Source of the DNA: Candidatus Babeliales bacterium | Lineage (GTDB): Bacteria > Babelota > Babeliae > Babelales > JBFXEV01 | Direction of reading: 5' to 3' | NCBI GenBank assembly: GCA_050179755.1 | Contig: JBFXEV010000001.1 | Location: 425,994-489,993, forward strand | DNA: 64,000 nucleotides | Shown: one piece after another, positions 1 through 8,871 of the stretch | Numbering within the stretch: the stretch's first letter is position 1 | How the letters are laid out: every line of letters starts with the position of its first letter | The notes under the pieces: model-generated | The model's input: only the letters and a program-made list of their open reading frames with translations | What the model was told of the DNA's origin: nothing | The model's database searches: none | Translations under genes and position numbers: made by a program

Positions 1-122
1 TAAATTCTTTTTTCAACGCAAACATTGGAAATCATTGATTCAATTTTCGTTTTATCATATATATACACCAAATAATATGTTTTAATGATAACTATCTTTC
101 TATTCTTCAAATTTAACAAAAA

Positions 123-536
123 CTATCTATTTTCTAATTCTTCATTTGTTTCAATTACATATACATATACCCCTGCTAACATATCTAATAATAAATTTAA
201 ATATGCAAGATAATCGGTAGATGCTTCAACTTCATCAATATGCAACCGGCGCTTAAATGGTTCTTCAGGGTATAACTTTACTGAATAATTCACAAATACT
301 ACTGCAGCACGCAAATCGCCCTTTTGAATGCCAAAAAAGTATCGTTGCTTCTTTGTTAATGAGTCTAGTATATCTTGAGCAATTATTTCGCTATTTTCAG
401 TGATTACTTGAGATGTATTTATAAAAATACCAGAACTTTCAGCATTCTTTAAAATCATCTTATAGATGTCTAATGCACTATCCGCAGAGTATTCAACACT
501 ATACTGAGCATGGAAAAGCTTAATTTCTTTATTCAT
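123..536 (-). CDS. Candidate immunity protein B1 of toxin copy 1
   Basis: Second small low-GC gene downstream of toxin 914-2938. Paralog of 8089-8496 (MxKEIKLFH, G.L.A..VFV..S.KLY..EP, DY.AYL..LLD.L). Confidence 0.65.
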   Translation of the reverse strand: MNKEIKLFHAQYSVEYSADSALDIYKMILKNAESSGIFINTSQVITENSEIIAQDILDSLTKKQRYFFGIQKGDLRAAVVFVNYSVKLYPEEPFKRRLHIDEVEASTDYLAYLNLLLDMLAGVYVYVIETNEELENR

Positions 537-539
537 ACA

Positions 540-911
540 TTACTCAACATTCATTGCTATGTCATATATAGAAAATTCATGTATCAATTCAACAAAAATA
601 CGCATATAATGCACCATATCAATATCATAAAAATCACCAATCGAAAGACCTATCTCTTTTTTATCACAATCTCGCGGATGTGACGCAATAAAAAACAACT
701 CTCCATTTAATCTACCGGTAATTGCATAAGTAAAATATACATTTTCTGTCATTAATGCATCCACAGCTTCATCCACATTAGCAAATTTATAGGTATCGTC
801 TACAGAAGAATATTCTAACCCTAACCGCATTCCTTTCTCTAATATTTGTTTAATATTTGCTCGTGTATAATACGCTCTTAATTCGATCGAATAAGAAAAT
901 GCCATCCCCAT
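540..911 (-). CDS. Candidate immunity protein A1 of toxin copy 1
   Basis: Starts 2 nt after the toxin stop. Paralog of 8499-8870 (GLSIGDFYDID.V.YMRIFVE). Confidence 0.7.
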   Translation of the reverse strand: MGMAFSYSIELRAYYTRANIKQILEKGMRLGLEYSSVDDTYKFANVDEAVDALMTENVYFTYAITGRLNGELFFIASHPRDCDKKEIGLSIGDFYDIDMVHYMRIFVELIHEFSIYDIAMNVE

Positions 912-913
912 AG

Positions 914-2938
914 TTATATTACCTTGAAAGATATGTGATTCTTGATTAATTTTTCTTTTACAATATGCGGAACAGGATTACTATAATACACTTCATATAA
1001 TTTTCCTTCCCTTTCAGCCAGCGAACGCATATAGCAAAGACGCGATATATGATCATCTATTTTGTCAATCTTGTCCCAATAATAATTCTTACATTCTATC
1101 CATTTTGATGCAGTTACCAAATCAATTTCTCCTTGCGGCACTTTTCTACCAAACTCTATAATCGATTCACCGCGTCTAACTAAAAAATTTGCAGATTTAA
1201 TTTCATACCCCGCACCGCGCGCAGTGCTTATTGCTCCTCCCTCTTTATTGAAATTATTAATAAATTTTTGAAAAGGGCCCTCTTTAGACAAAAAACCTTT
1301 TGTATCTTTAAAATTTTTATAAGCAAAATCTAATTCCGCATACTCTAAGCCTATAGATTGCATAGCATTATGCATCGGCACTGTATCTAATTCTTTCAAC
1401 TTCGATATTGGCTCATCAGGTAACCAGTTTCTCGGCTTTTCTTTTTTTAAACGCTGAGCTCCATCACCACCATTCTGTGACAGCAGCGTCAAGCCAGGTG
1501 ACGCCTTAGAAGCAACATCAAAAACTTCACCAAGCGTACCGCCAGCAATTTCTATCGCGCTCGCACTTGCATTCATAATATCTGCAAGCGCTGCATCATA
1601 ACAAATTGCAGCTTGCATGGTGCTTGGATCTAGTGGTAAATTTAAAAAATCACTATTCTCTAAAAATCTACTCAATCCTGATCCGGCATTTTTACTCAAC
1701 ATGCCCAATGCACCAAAGGTAACGCTCGTTAACGTAGATTCCACCGCATAAGCAGTGCCTACTTCTATGCCTTTTAGCATGGTATCATAATCAAAATCAT
1801 GGCATATCTTTGTTAAAGCATTCTTAACATCAAGCATTGTTTGGCGGGCGGCAAATACGTCTCGCTTCACAAGGCCCCAATACGTTATCTTGCCCTGCTG
1901 CAGGTCAATCGCATCTTGCAATGATTGCTCCATGTAGCGCAGCGTGTAATGACCTGCCTTATTGCCAATAACATGCACTGTTTTTGCAAGGCCGTATAAT
2001 GTGTTGCAAGCAGTATCAATCGGATGCAGCACTTTATTTGCGTAATTTACACCTCCTTTTGCTGCTCCTCTGCCCACTGCGGCGCTAATATCACACGTAA
2101 TCTCTTTTACTTGCAGCGTTAACTTGTATAATCCATGGCAAAAATCAGCAAATGAAAAAGCGTCGGCTACACGCCCTCTCTGATTATGCACGTGGCCTGC
2201 ATGCGCAAAGCGCGTAAGTGTTGATGCAATTGGCTTATAATTATAATCTTGCTGATACCGCAGTTTGCCTGCACCGTTGAGAATATCCACAATCTCTTGA
2301 TGCAAGACGCGTTGAATTTGGTTGCCATAACATTTTGGATATGTTGTTGTTGCAATTCCTTCTTCCTGCATCAAACAAAAAGCTTCATGAGTAATCCGAT
2401 AAGTTTCTTCTTGCCATATTTGATTACCCGTCAAATAATCATGCAGAGCCTCTGTGCGCTTTACTCTATACTGACGGGGCGTTAACGCATGTATATCATC
2501 ATATACTTCTATTTGTTGATATAACGCATAGTGCTCTTGCAGTGCTTGCTGTGTTTCACCAAAAATCTGTGCAATCTGCTTTTTATAAACATGCTGTTCT
2601 TCAAGTTTTCTTTTTGCTTGATTTTGAGCTTCTAATTCATATGCATGTTGAGCGGCTGCCTGCTCTGCTTGTTTTAATTTCTCTTGTTTTTCATGCACAA
2701 ATGATGGATGCTGATATTCTTCCTCTTCTTGCTTTCTTTTCTCTTTTTTATCTGAGCTCTTTTTAAATATACTAACAAAACATTTGCCTGCAGCGTATGC
2801 AAAAACACAAGTACCAACTATTACGCTAGCTGCTGCTTCAGCCGAATCTTTCACAAAACTAAATTCATTTTGTGCATAGAGTTGTTACATTTGGCCAAAC
2901 AAAAATAACCAAAGTAAAGCAAGATGTTTTATTTTCAT
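914..2938 (-). pseudogene. Polymorphic toxin copy 1 (PD-(D/E)XK-like tip) with nonsense codon in the signal peptide
   Basis: ATG at 2938 gives MKIKHLALLWLFLFGQM then TAA at 2887-2885, where copies 2 and 3 have CAA. The rest is open (ORF 914-2854). C-terminus has E...EIDLVT..KWIECK. Confidence 0.8.
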
Positions 2939-3105
2939 ATGTACTCCTAAGATGTATAAAAACTATGTGCAAGTATAATCCCAAAAGTAAACATGTAAAG
3001 AAAAAACATCTCGATATATTGATTAAATCAGCATATCAAGCAAGCTAAAAAGTTATATTTTATGCGTAAGAATAAGATTTTTTAACACTTTTTTTATTTT
3101 TTTTG
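2939..3105 (-). repeat. Conserved upstream/promoter block of toxin copy 1
   Basis: Similar to 7896-8060 and 10954-11100; TTTACA-N16-TATACT and an AGGAG RBS on the minus strand. Confidence 0.7.
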
Positions 3106-3211
3106 AAGAAGCAAAAAATTGCAACCTTTCTTGCCAATAAACAACATTTTTGCTACGATCCTTACAATTCTTTTACTTGTACAGTACCTATATAACACAT
3201 AAACAAAAAAG

Positions 3212-3973
3212 ATGTTCATTATGCAAACACAAGACTTTTCCATCAAGCAAGTTAAAGACTTTTCCATCAAGGAGGCGTTGCTTTTTGGCTTTAGAAAAAC
3301 AAATGAACATATATTATTGATTTTATCTATAGAACTTTTATTTTTTTGTATTTGGCTACTACAAGCTTTGGCCGGAGCAATTACACATGGCATTCCAGAT
3401 AAAATAGCAGACCCAAACTTTTTACAAAAAAGTATTTTAATTGTGGGGTCTATAATACATAACATGATACCTCTCTCGATAAAGAGCCAGGTCTTATTTG
3501 CCTTAAGTCTTTTCATTTTGGCATCGCTTCTTGCTACTTTAGTATTATTACAAGGTGTTCGCCGAATTATGCTTGATATATACGACAAAAATGAAAGTTC
3601 TCTTTCTCAAATATATTCCCAAGTAGATATTTTTTCGGTTATTTTATTGGCAAAATTCCTGTACTTGATATCAGTGCTTGCTGGTAGCATTTGCATAATT
3701 CTTCCAGGTATTTACTTATCGGCAAAATATGGCTTCTATGCATATGTTTTACTTGATGATCAAACACTTGGTCCAGTCGATGCATTTAAAAAAAGTGGTC
3801 AAATAACAAAAGGATTCGTAAATCACCTATGCGTATATAATATTTTATGGATTATTTTGCTTATTCTTTCAATTCTTACATGGATTGGCTGGATTATTAT
3901 CGTTCCCGTATTAGTGCTGTCTGATACCTACATATATCGCCAAATAACTAGTCAGTCTACAGAAACAAACTAA
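3212..3973 (+). CDS. Integral membrane protein (DUF975-like)
   Basis: Several TM helices; PG..L..KY.FY.Y..LD......AFK.S..ITKG pattern. Confidence 0.6.
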   Translation: MFIMQTQDFSIKQVKDFSIKEALLFGFRKTNEHILLILSIELLFFCIWLLQALAGAITHGIPDKIADPNFLQKSILIVGSIIHNMIPLSIKSQVLFALSLFILASLLATLVLLQGVRRIMLDIYDKNESSLSQIYSQVDIFSVILLAKFLYLISVLAGSICIILPGIYLSAKYGFYAYVLLDDQTLGPVDAFKKSGQITKGFVNHLCVYNILWIILLILSILTWIGWIIIVPVLVLSDTYIYRQITSQSTETN

Positions 3974-3981
3974 CGATCAAT

Positions 3982-4494
3982 ATGAGAGAATTTCGCATTA
4001 CTACACAACAAAAAAATTCTCTCTACATTACGTCTTGCATTTTCCCAGAATCAGAAAAAGATATTGCAGAAGAGTTTTTTGATGATTACTCAGATACATT
4101 CTCTGCATGCAACTACCAGGTTGCTATATATGCAATCACCTTCAAGTCTATCTCCAATAGGCCATTTACAGAACAAGATTTAATATACTTAAAATGGAAT
4201 GGGCCAACAGTAAATATTATTGCTGAAGTAAGCTTAGAAACAATGAAGCAAGAAGTAAGAGAGTTTGTTTCTTTTACTGAAAATTGGGATCGTCTCGAGG
4301 ATCATAACATTATCAATGAGCGAGTGATTAAGTTCTGGATGATAGTCAATAATTACGTTCAAATATCGAAATGTAAAATATACCAATACTGCGTACATCA
4401 TGATCACCCAGACATGGGAATTTTCCAAACTACTAGTTTTGCCTTAGTAGATCAGTCACGCGGCCTTTTTTTATTTATGGTATCTTTTGATTAA
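3982..4494 (+). CDS. Hypothetical protein (possible orphan immunity protein)
   Basis: 170 aa low-GC ORF inside the toxin array; function inferred from context only. Confidence 0.45.
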   Translation: MREFRITTQQKNSLYITSCIFPESEKDIAEEFFDDYSDTFSACNYQVAIYAITFKSISNRPFTEQDLIYLKWNGPTVNIIAEVSLETMKQEVREFVSFTENWDRLEDHNIINERVIKFWMIVNNYVQISKCKIYQYCVHHDHPDMGIFQTTSFALVDQSRGLFLFMVSFD

Positions 4495-4515
4495 CAATAT
4501 TATTAACATTGTTTA

Positions 4516-4620
4516 TTAACTTAATCTATAGGCACTTAAAACCTCCAGCGCCGCTGCACTATCAGGTTTTTCTTTAATGATTTGCAGCGCAATTTCAATG
4601 GCCTCATCTTGTTTTAATGC
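4516..4620 (-). pseudogene. 3' remnant of a third TPR-like immunity gene
   Basis: Reads ALKQDEAIEIALQIIKEKPDSAAALEVLSAYRLS*, which aligns with the C-termini of 5129-5578 and 5587-6027. No start; TAA immediately upstream. Confidence 0.65.
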
Positions 4621-4633
4621 TTACCCTAGAATC

Positions 4634-5092
4634 CTAAGTATTATTTTCTGCCTTTAATTCACGAGTTGTTTGACTTACTTGAGATACAGACCCATCAGAA
4701 TGAACTGTAAATATATACTCTTTGGTAATATCAGAGATATCCACCGATGCAGTGTTTTTATCATGAGTTACATATAAAACACCGGGCACAAAATAAGGAA
4801 CTTGACCAGAATCATTTGCTCCAATATAATGCTGCACACTAAAATCTTCATTGCCATCTTGCTTTAGCAAAAAAGTAAGTTCTATGTTTTGATTCATTTC
4901 ATTACGTAGAACAATTCGTCTAAATTCTTCAGTGAATTGTTTCATAAGTTTTTCACGATGCTCTGGGGTAAAATACTCATGCGTATTATTTAACATCAGC
5001 GCATTTCTATTGCTCACATATTCTTCATAGAATTTTGATAAAATAAAAGCTATTGCAACAACAAGTAATATGCTAATAAAATTAATATTCAT
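4634..5092 (-). CDS. Hypothetical protein with N-terminal membrane anchor
   Basis: 152 aa ORF with hydrophobic N-terminus. Confidence 0.55.
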   Translation of the reverse strand: MNINFISILLVVAIAFILSKFYEEYVSNRNALMLNNTHEYFTPEHREKLMKQFTEEFRRIVLRNEMNQNIELTFLLKQDGNEDFSVQHYIGANDSGQVPYFVPGVLYVTHDKNTASVDISDITKEYIFTVHSDGSVSQVSQTTRELKAENNT

Positions 5093-5128
5093 ATATTTTC
5101 ACTTTAAAAAATTTATCTGACTTTTTTG

Positions 5129-5578
5129 TTAATTATTTTGTTTTAATATTTCTATTGCATCATAATTACTAGGATCTATTTCAAGGATTTCTTGAGCTAG
5201 CAAAGCAGCATGTCTTTTATCTAACAGGTTTCCCGGTAATGAATAAAAATTAATTATTTGCATCTTATAATCAATATTATCTGTCTCTAGCTCTAACGCT
5301 CGTTTCGCATGCCAAAATCCCGCTGCATATGCACCTTCCATCTCATTAAGTATCTTAATAAGAATACGCGACGCTAAATAATGATATCCTGCAGTTTCCT
5401 TTTGAATCAATACCGCAATAACATATCCATAACTAAGAATCGATGGCTTTTCATAATTAATCGCAATCATTACTTGCCATAATTCATCTAAATTCAAATG
5501 CTTTGCAAGTACATGCGCCTGCGCAAACTCACCATAATAAAGTAATTTATAAAATTTTTGTACATCAATCGTTTGCAT
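5129..5578 (-). CDS. TPR-like candidate immunity protein 2 of toxin copy 2
   Basis: Likely start MQTIDV at 5578 (AAGGT upstream). H.LAS..L.......GAY..G..HA.RA.ELE..NI.YK shared with 5587-6027. Confidence 0.7.
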   Translation of the reverse strand: MQTIDVQKFYKLLYYGEFAQAHVLAKHLNLDELWQVMIAINYEKPSILSYGYVIAVLIQKETAGYHYLASRILIKILNEMEGAYAAGFWHAKRALELETDNIDYKMQIINFYSLPGNLLDKRHAALLAQEILEIDPSNYDAIEILKQNN

Positions 5579-5586
5579 ATGTGACC

Positions 5587-6027
5587 TTATCGTTGTATGC
5601 CATAACGCTCCAACACGTTTAAAGAAACACCGCATTCAGGATCTTCTTGCAATACTTCTTGAGCAATTTTTATTGCCTCTTCTTTATCAACAAGCTGCTC
5701 AGGTATATCATGAAATAAAATCATGAACCGTTTATATTCTATGTTCTTTGGCTCTAATTCACTAGCTCGCCTAGCATGAAAAAGACCAACGCTGTAAGCT
5801 CCATTATAAGCACATAAAGGCATTGCCATAAGATAAGACGCCCATCCGTGTTCTGCAGCACCTTCATGCTTTATTAATATGCTAGCCGCTAAGGTATACA
5901 AAGTAATATTATGTGTTTTATACGACCATTCTTCTATTCCTTTCGGTAAAACTTCTATATTTGTTATCAAATCTTTAACTTCATCAATTTTACCTATCAT
6001 CAACAAATCAATTATTTTTAAATTCAT
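5587..6027 (-). CDS. TPR-like candidate immunity protein 1 of toxin copy 2
   Basis: Likely start MNLKII at 6027 overlaps the toxin stop (ATGA). Helical-repeat pattern. Confidence 0.75.
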   Translation of the reverse strand: MNLKIIDLLMIGKIDEVKDLITNIEVLPKGIEEWSYKTHNITLYTLAASILIKHEGAAEHGWASYLMAMPLCAYNGAYSVGLFHARRASELEPKNIEYKRFMILFHDIPEQLVDKEEAIKIAQEVLQEDPECGVSLNVLERYGIQR

Positions 6028-7895
6028 GGTCGCACCCAAGAATTACCTATCATTTTTTTCCCATTCTCAATAAAAAAATTAACTTGTACGGTTTCCACAC
6101 CTATTTTCAAGAATCTCATCTTAACCATCTCATTTTGGAGCTTCTTATAGATGTTCTTTATATATAAATCTTCCTGCCCCTCTTTCATAACCTTAGTCAT
6201 TATTCGAGCTATGGAATCAAAGTCTTTTGGATCTTTAACGAGCCTATCCCATAAATGATGCTCTGCCATAATATGATCTTTGTTGTGCTGGCACAAGTTT
6301 GCGATATTATCGTCTATTTCACCTATACCTTCAATGTATATTTTATACCTATCTTGTAATGGATCCATTAACCCATTAGAATTACTGCCATTCGTACTTG
6401 CCGTAAAATTATTTTGTCCATCACCGCCATTCTGCGACAGCACCGTCAAGCCAGGTGACGCCTTAGAAGCAACATCAAAAACTTCACCAAGCGTACCGCC
6501 AGCAATTTCTATCGCGCTCGCACTTGCATTCATAATATCTGCAAGCGCTGCATCATAACAAATTGCCGCCTGCATAGTGCTTGGATCTAGTGGTAAATTT
6601 AAAAAATCACTATTCTCTAAAAATCTACTCAATCCAGACCCTGCATTTTTGCTCAACATGCCCAATACACCAAAGGTAACGCTCGTCAACGTAGATTCCA
6701 CCGCATAAGCAGTGCCCACTTCTACACCTTTTAACATGGTATCATAATCAAAATCATGGCATATCTTTGTTAAAGCATTTTTAACATCAAGCACTGTTTG
6801 GCGGGCGGCAAATACGTCTCGCTTCACAAGGCCCCAATATGTTATCTTGCCCTGCTGCAGGTCAATCGCATCTTGCAATGATTGCTCCATGTAGCGCAGC
6901 GTGTAATGACCTGCCTTATTGCCAATAATATGCACTGTTTTTGCAAGACCATATAATGTGTCTCGCGCTGCATCAAATGGATGCAGCAGTTTATTTGCGT
7001 AATTTACACCTCCTTTTGCTGCTCCTCTGCCAACTGCGGCGCCAATATCACATGTAATCTCTTTTACTTGCAGCGTTAACTTGTATAATCCATGGCAAAA
7101 ATCAGCAAATGAAAAAGCGTCGGCTACACGCCCTCTCTGATTATGCACGTGGCCTGCATGCGCAAAGCGAGTAAGTGTTGATGCAATGGGTTTATAATTA
7201 TAATCTTGCTGATATCGCAGAGATCCTGCGCCATTGAGAATATCCACAAACTCTTGATGCAAGACGCGTTGAATTTGATTGCCATAACACGTTGGATATG
7301 CTGTTACTTCAATGCATTCCTCCTGCATCAAACAAAAAGCTTCATGAGTAATTTGATACGTCTGTTCTTGCCATATTTGATTCCCCGTCAAACAATCATG
7401 CAAAGCCTCTGTGCGCTTTACTCTATACTGACGGGGAGTTAACGCATGTATATCATCATATACTTCTATCTGTTGATATAACGCATAGTGTTCTTGCAGT
7501 TCTTGCTGTGTTTCACTAAAAATCTGCGCCGTCTGCTTTTTATAAACACGCTGTTCTTCACATTTTCTTTTTGCTTGATTTTGAACTTCTAATTCATATG
7601 CATGTTGGGCAGCTGCTTGCTCTGCTTGCTTTAATTTTTCTTGTTTTTCACGCACAAATGATAGATGCTGATATTCTTCCTCTTCCTGCTTTCTTTTCTC
7701 TTTTTTATCTGAGCTCTTTTTAAATATACTAACAAAACATTTGCCTGCAGCGTATGCTAAAACACAAGTACCAACTATTACGCTAGCTGCTGCTTCAGCC
7801 GAATCTTTCACAAAACTAAATTCATTTTGTGCATAGAGTTGTTGCGTTTGACCAAAAACAAACAGCCAAAGTAAGGCAAGATGTTTTATTTTCAT
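6024..7895 (-). CDS. Polymorphic toxin copy 2 with His-motif putative RNase tip (Ntox35-like)
   Basis: Sec signal peptide; about 490 aa near-identical to copies 1 and 3; unrelated C-terminus with HIMAEHHLWDRL...IGNSWV. Confidence 0.75.
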   Translation of the reverse strand: MKIKHLALLWLFVFGQTQQLYAQNEFSFVKDSAEAAASVIVGTCVLAYAAGKCFVSIFKKSSDKKEKRKQEEEEYQHLSFVREKQEKLKQAEQAAAQHAYELEVQNQAKRKCEEQRVYKKQTAQIFSETQQELQEHYALYQQIEVYDDIHALTPRQYRVKRTEALHDCLTGNQIWQEQTYQITHEAFCLMQEECIEVTAYPTCYGNQIQRVLHQEFVDILNGAGSLRYQQDYNYKPIASTLTRFAHAGHVHNQRGRVADAFSFADFCHGLYKLTLQVKEITCDIGAAVGRGAAKGGVNYANKLLHPFDAARDTLYGLAKTVHIIGNKAGHYTLRYMEQSLQDAIDLQQGKITYWGLVKRDVFAARQTVLDVKNALTKICHDFDYDTMLKGVEVGTAYAVESTLTSVTFGVLGMLSKNAGSGLSRFLENSDFLNLPLDPSTMQAAICYDAALADIMNASASAIEIAGGTLGEVFDVASKASPGLTVLSQNGGDGQNNFTASTNGSNSNGLMDPLQDRYKIYIEGIGEIDDNIANLCQHNKDHIMAEHHLWDRLVKDPKDFDSIARIMTKVMKEGQEDLYIKNIYKKLQNEMVKMRFLKIGVETVQVNFFIENGKKMIGNSWVRP

Positions 7896-8060
7896 GAGTG
7901 CTCCTTAGATGTATAAAAACTATGTGCAAGTATAATCCAAAAACTAACATGTAAAGAGAAATTGTCTCAATCAATTGACTCAATCAATGTATTGAATACA
8001 TAAAAATGATATTTTAGCGCGCAAGAATAAGTTTTTTAACGTTCTTTTTATTTTTTTTGA
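7896..8060 (-). repeat. Conserved upstream/promoter block of toxin copy 2
   Basis: Homologous to 2939-3105 and 10954-11100. Confidence 0.7.
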
Positions 8061-8088
8061 GATGGAAAATAGCTTACGGTCGATAACT

Positions 8089-8496
8089 TTACAATTCTTC
8101 ATTTATCTCAAGACCATCAATACGAATACTCTCAAGTAAGTCGAGCAATATGTCTAAATATGCAACATAGTCAGGTGACGGTTCTCTTTCTTCAATATGT
8201 AATTTCATAATTAAGGGTTCTTGTAGATATAATTTTATTGAATTACTCACAAATACTATACGTGCATGTAGATTACCTCTTTGTATATAAAAACTATATT
8301 GTTTATTATTATCTATAGCTCTATATATTTGCTCTGCAATAACTGATACATCAAATTCTCTTTTATTTTCATTAGAGAAAATTGAAATAAAATGCTTTTG
8401 TGCATTTCCTAAAAATGTAGCATACACTTCATGTAAGTCTATATAATCCGGAGTTGAATCAAAATGAACATGAAATAATTTAATTTCTTTAAACAT
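8089..8496 (-). CDS. Candidate immunity protein B3 of toxin copy 3
   Basis: Paralog of 123-536; starts 2 nt after 8499. Confidence 0.65.
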   Translation of the reverse strand: MFKEIKLFHVHFDSTPDYIDLHEVYATFLGNAQKHFISIFSNENKREFDVSVIAEQIYRAIDNNKQYSFYIQRGNLHARIVFVSNSIKLYLQEPLIMKLHIEEREPSPDYVAYLDILLDLLESIRIDGLEINEEL

Positions 8497-8498
8497 AA

Positions 8499-8870
8499 TT
8501 ACTCTATATCAATTTTAAGGTCACAGATTGCAAAATTCCTTATCATTTCAACAAATATTCGCATATAATAGACAGCATCAATATCATAAAAATCACCTAT
8601 TGATAGGCCCAACTTCCTAATTTCAGGATCACGCGGTGAAGATGCAATATGTATAATATGACCATCTATTTTTCCTATAATCGAATAGGTCTCATATATA
8701 TTAATAGACAATAATGCTGCAACTGCATCATCGAGGCTTTCAAATTCTTGATCACATGCTACAGGAAAATATTTAAATCCAAACCTTATTCCTTGTTCAA
8801 GAATATTTTTAAAATTTTGTTTTGTATATGAAACATTTAGTAATATTTCATATGAATAGGCTCTACTCAA
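8499..8870 (-). CDS. Candidate immunity protein A3 of toxin copy 3
   Basis: Probable TTG start at 8870 after GAGGA (MSRAYSY aligns with MGMAFSY). Paralog of 540-911. Confidence 0.7.
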   Translation of the reverse strand: MSRAYSYEILLNVSYTKQNFKNILEQGIRFGFKYFPVACDQEFESLDDAVAALLSINIYETYSIIGKIDGHIIHIASSPRDPEIRKLGLSIGDFYDIDAVYYMRIFVEMIRNFAICDLKIDIE

Positions 8871-8871
8871 T

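Noticed and set aside
2885..2887. Stop-codon reassignment explaining the in-frame TAA
   Set aside because: TAA, TAG and TGA all terminate conserved genes elsewhere in the window.
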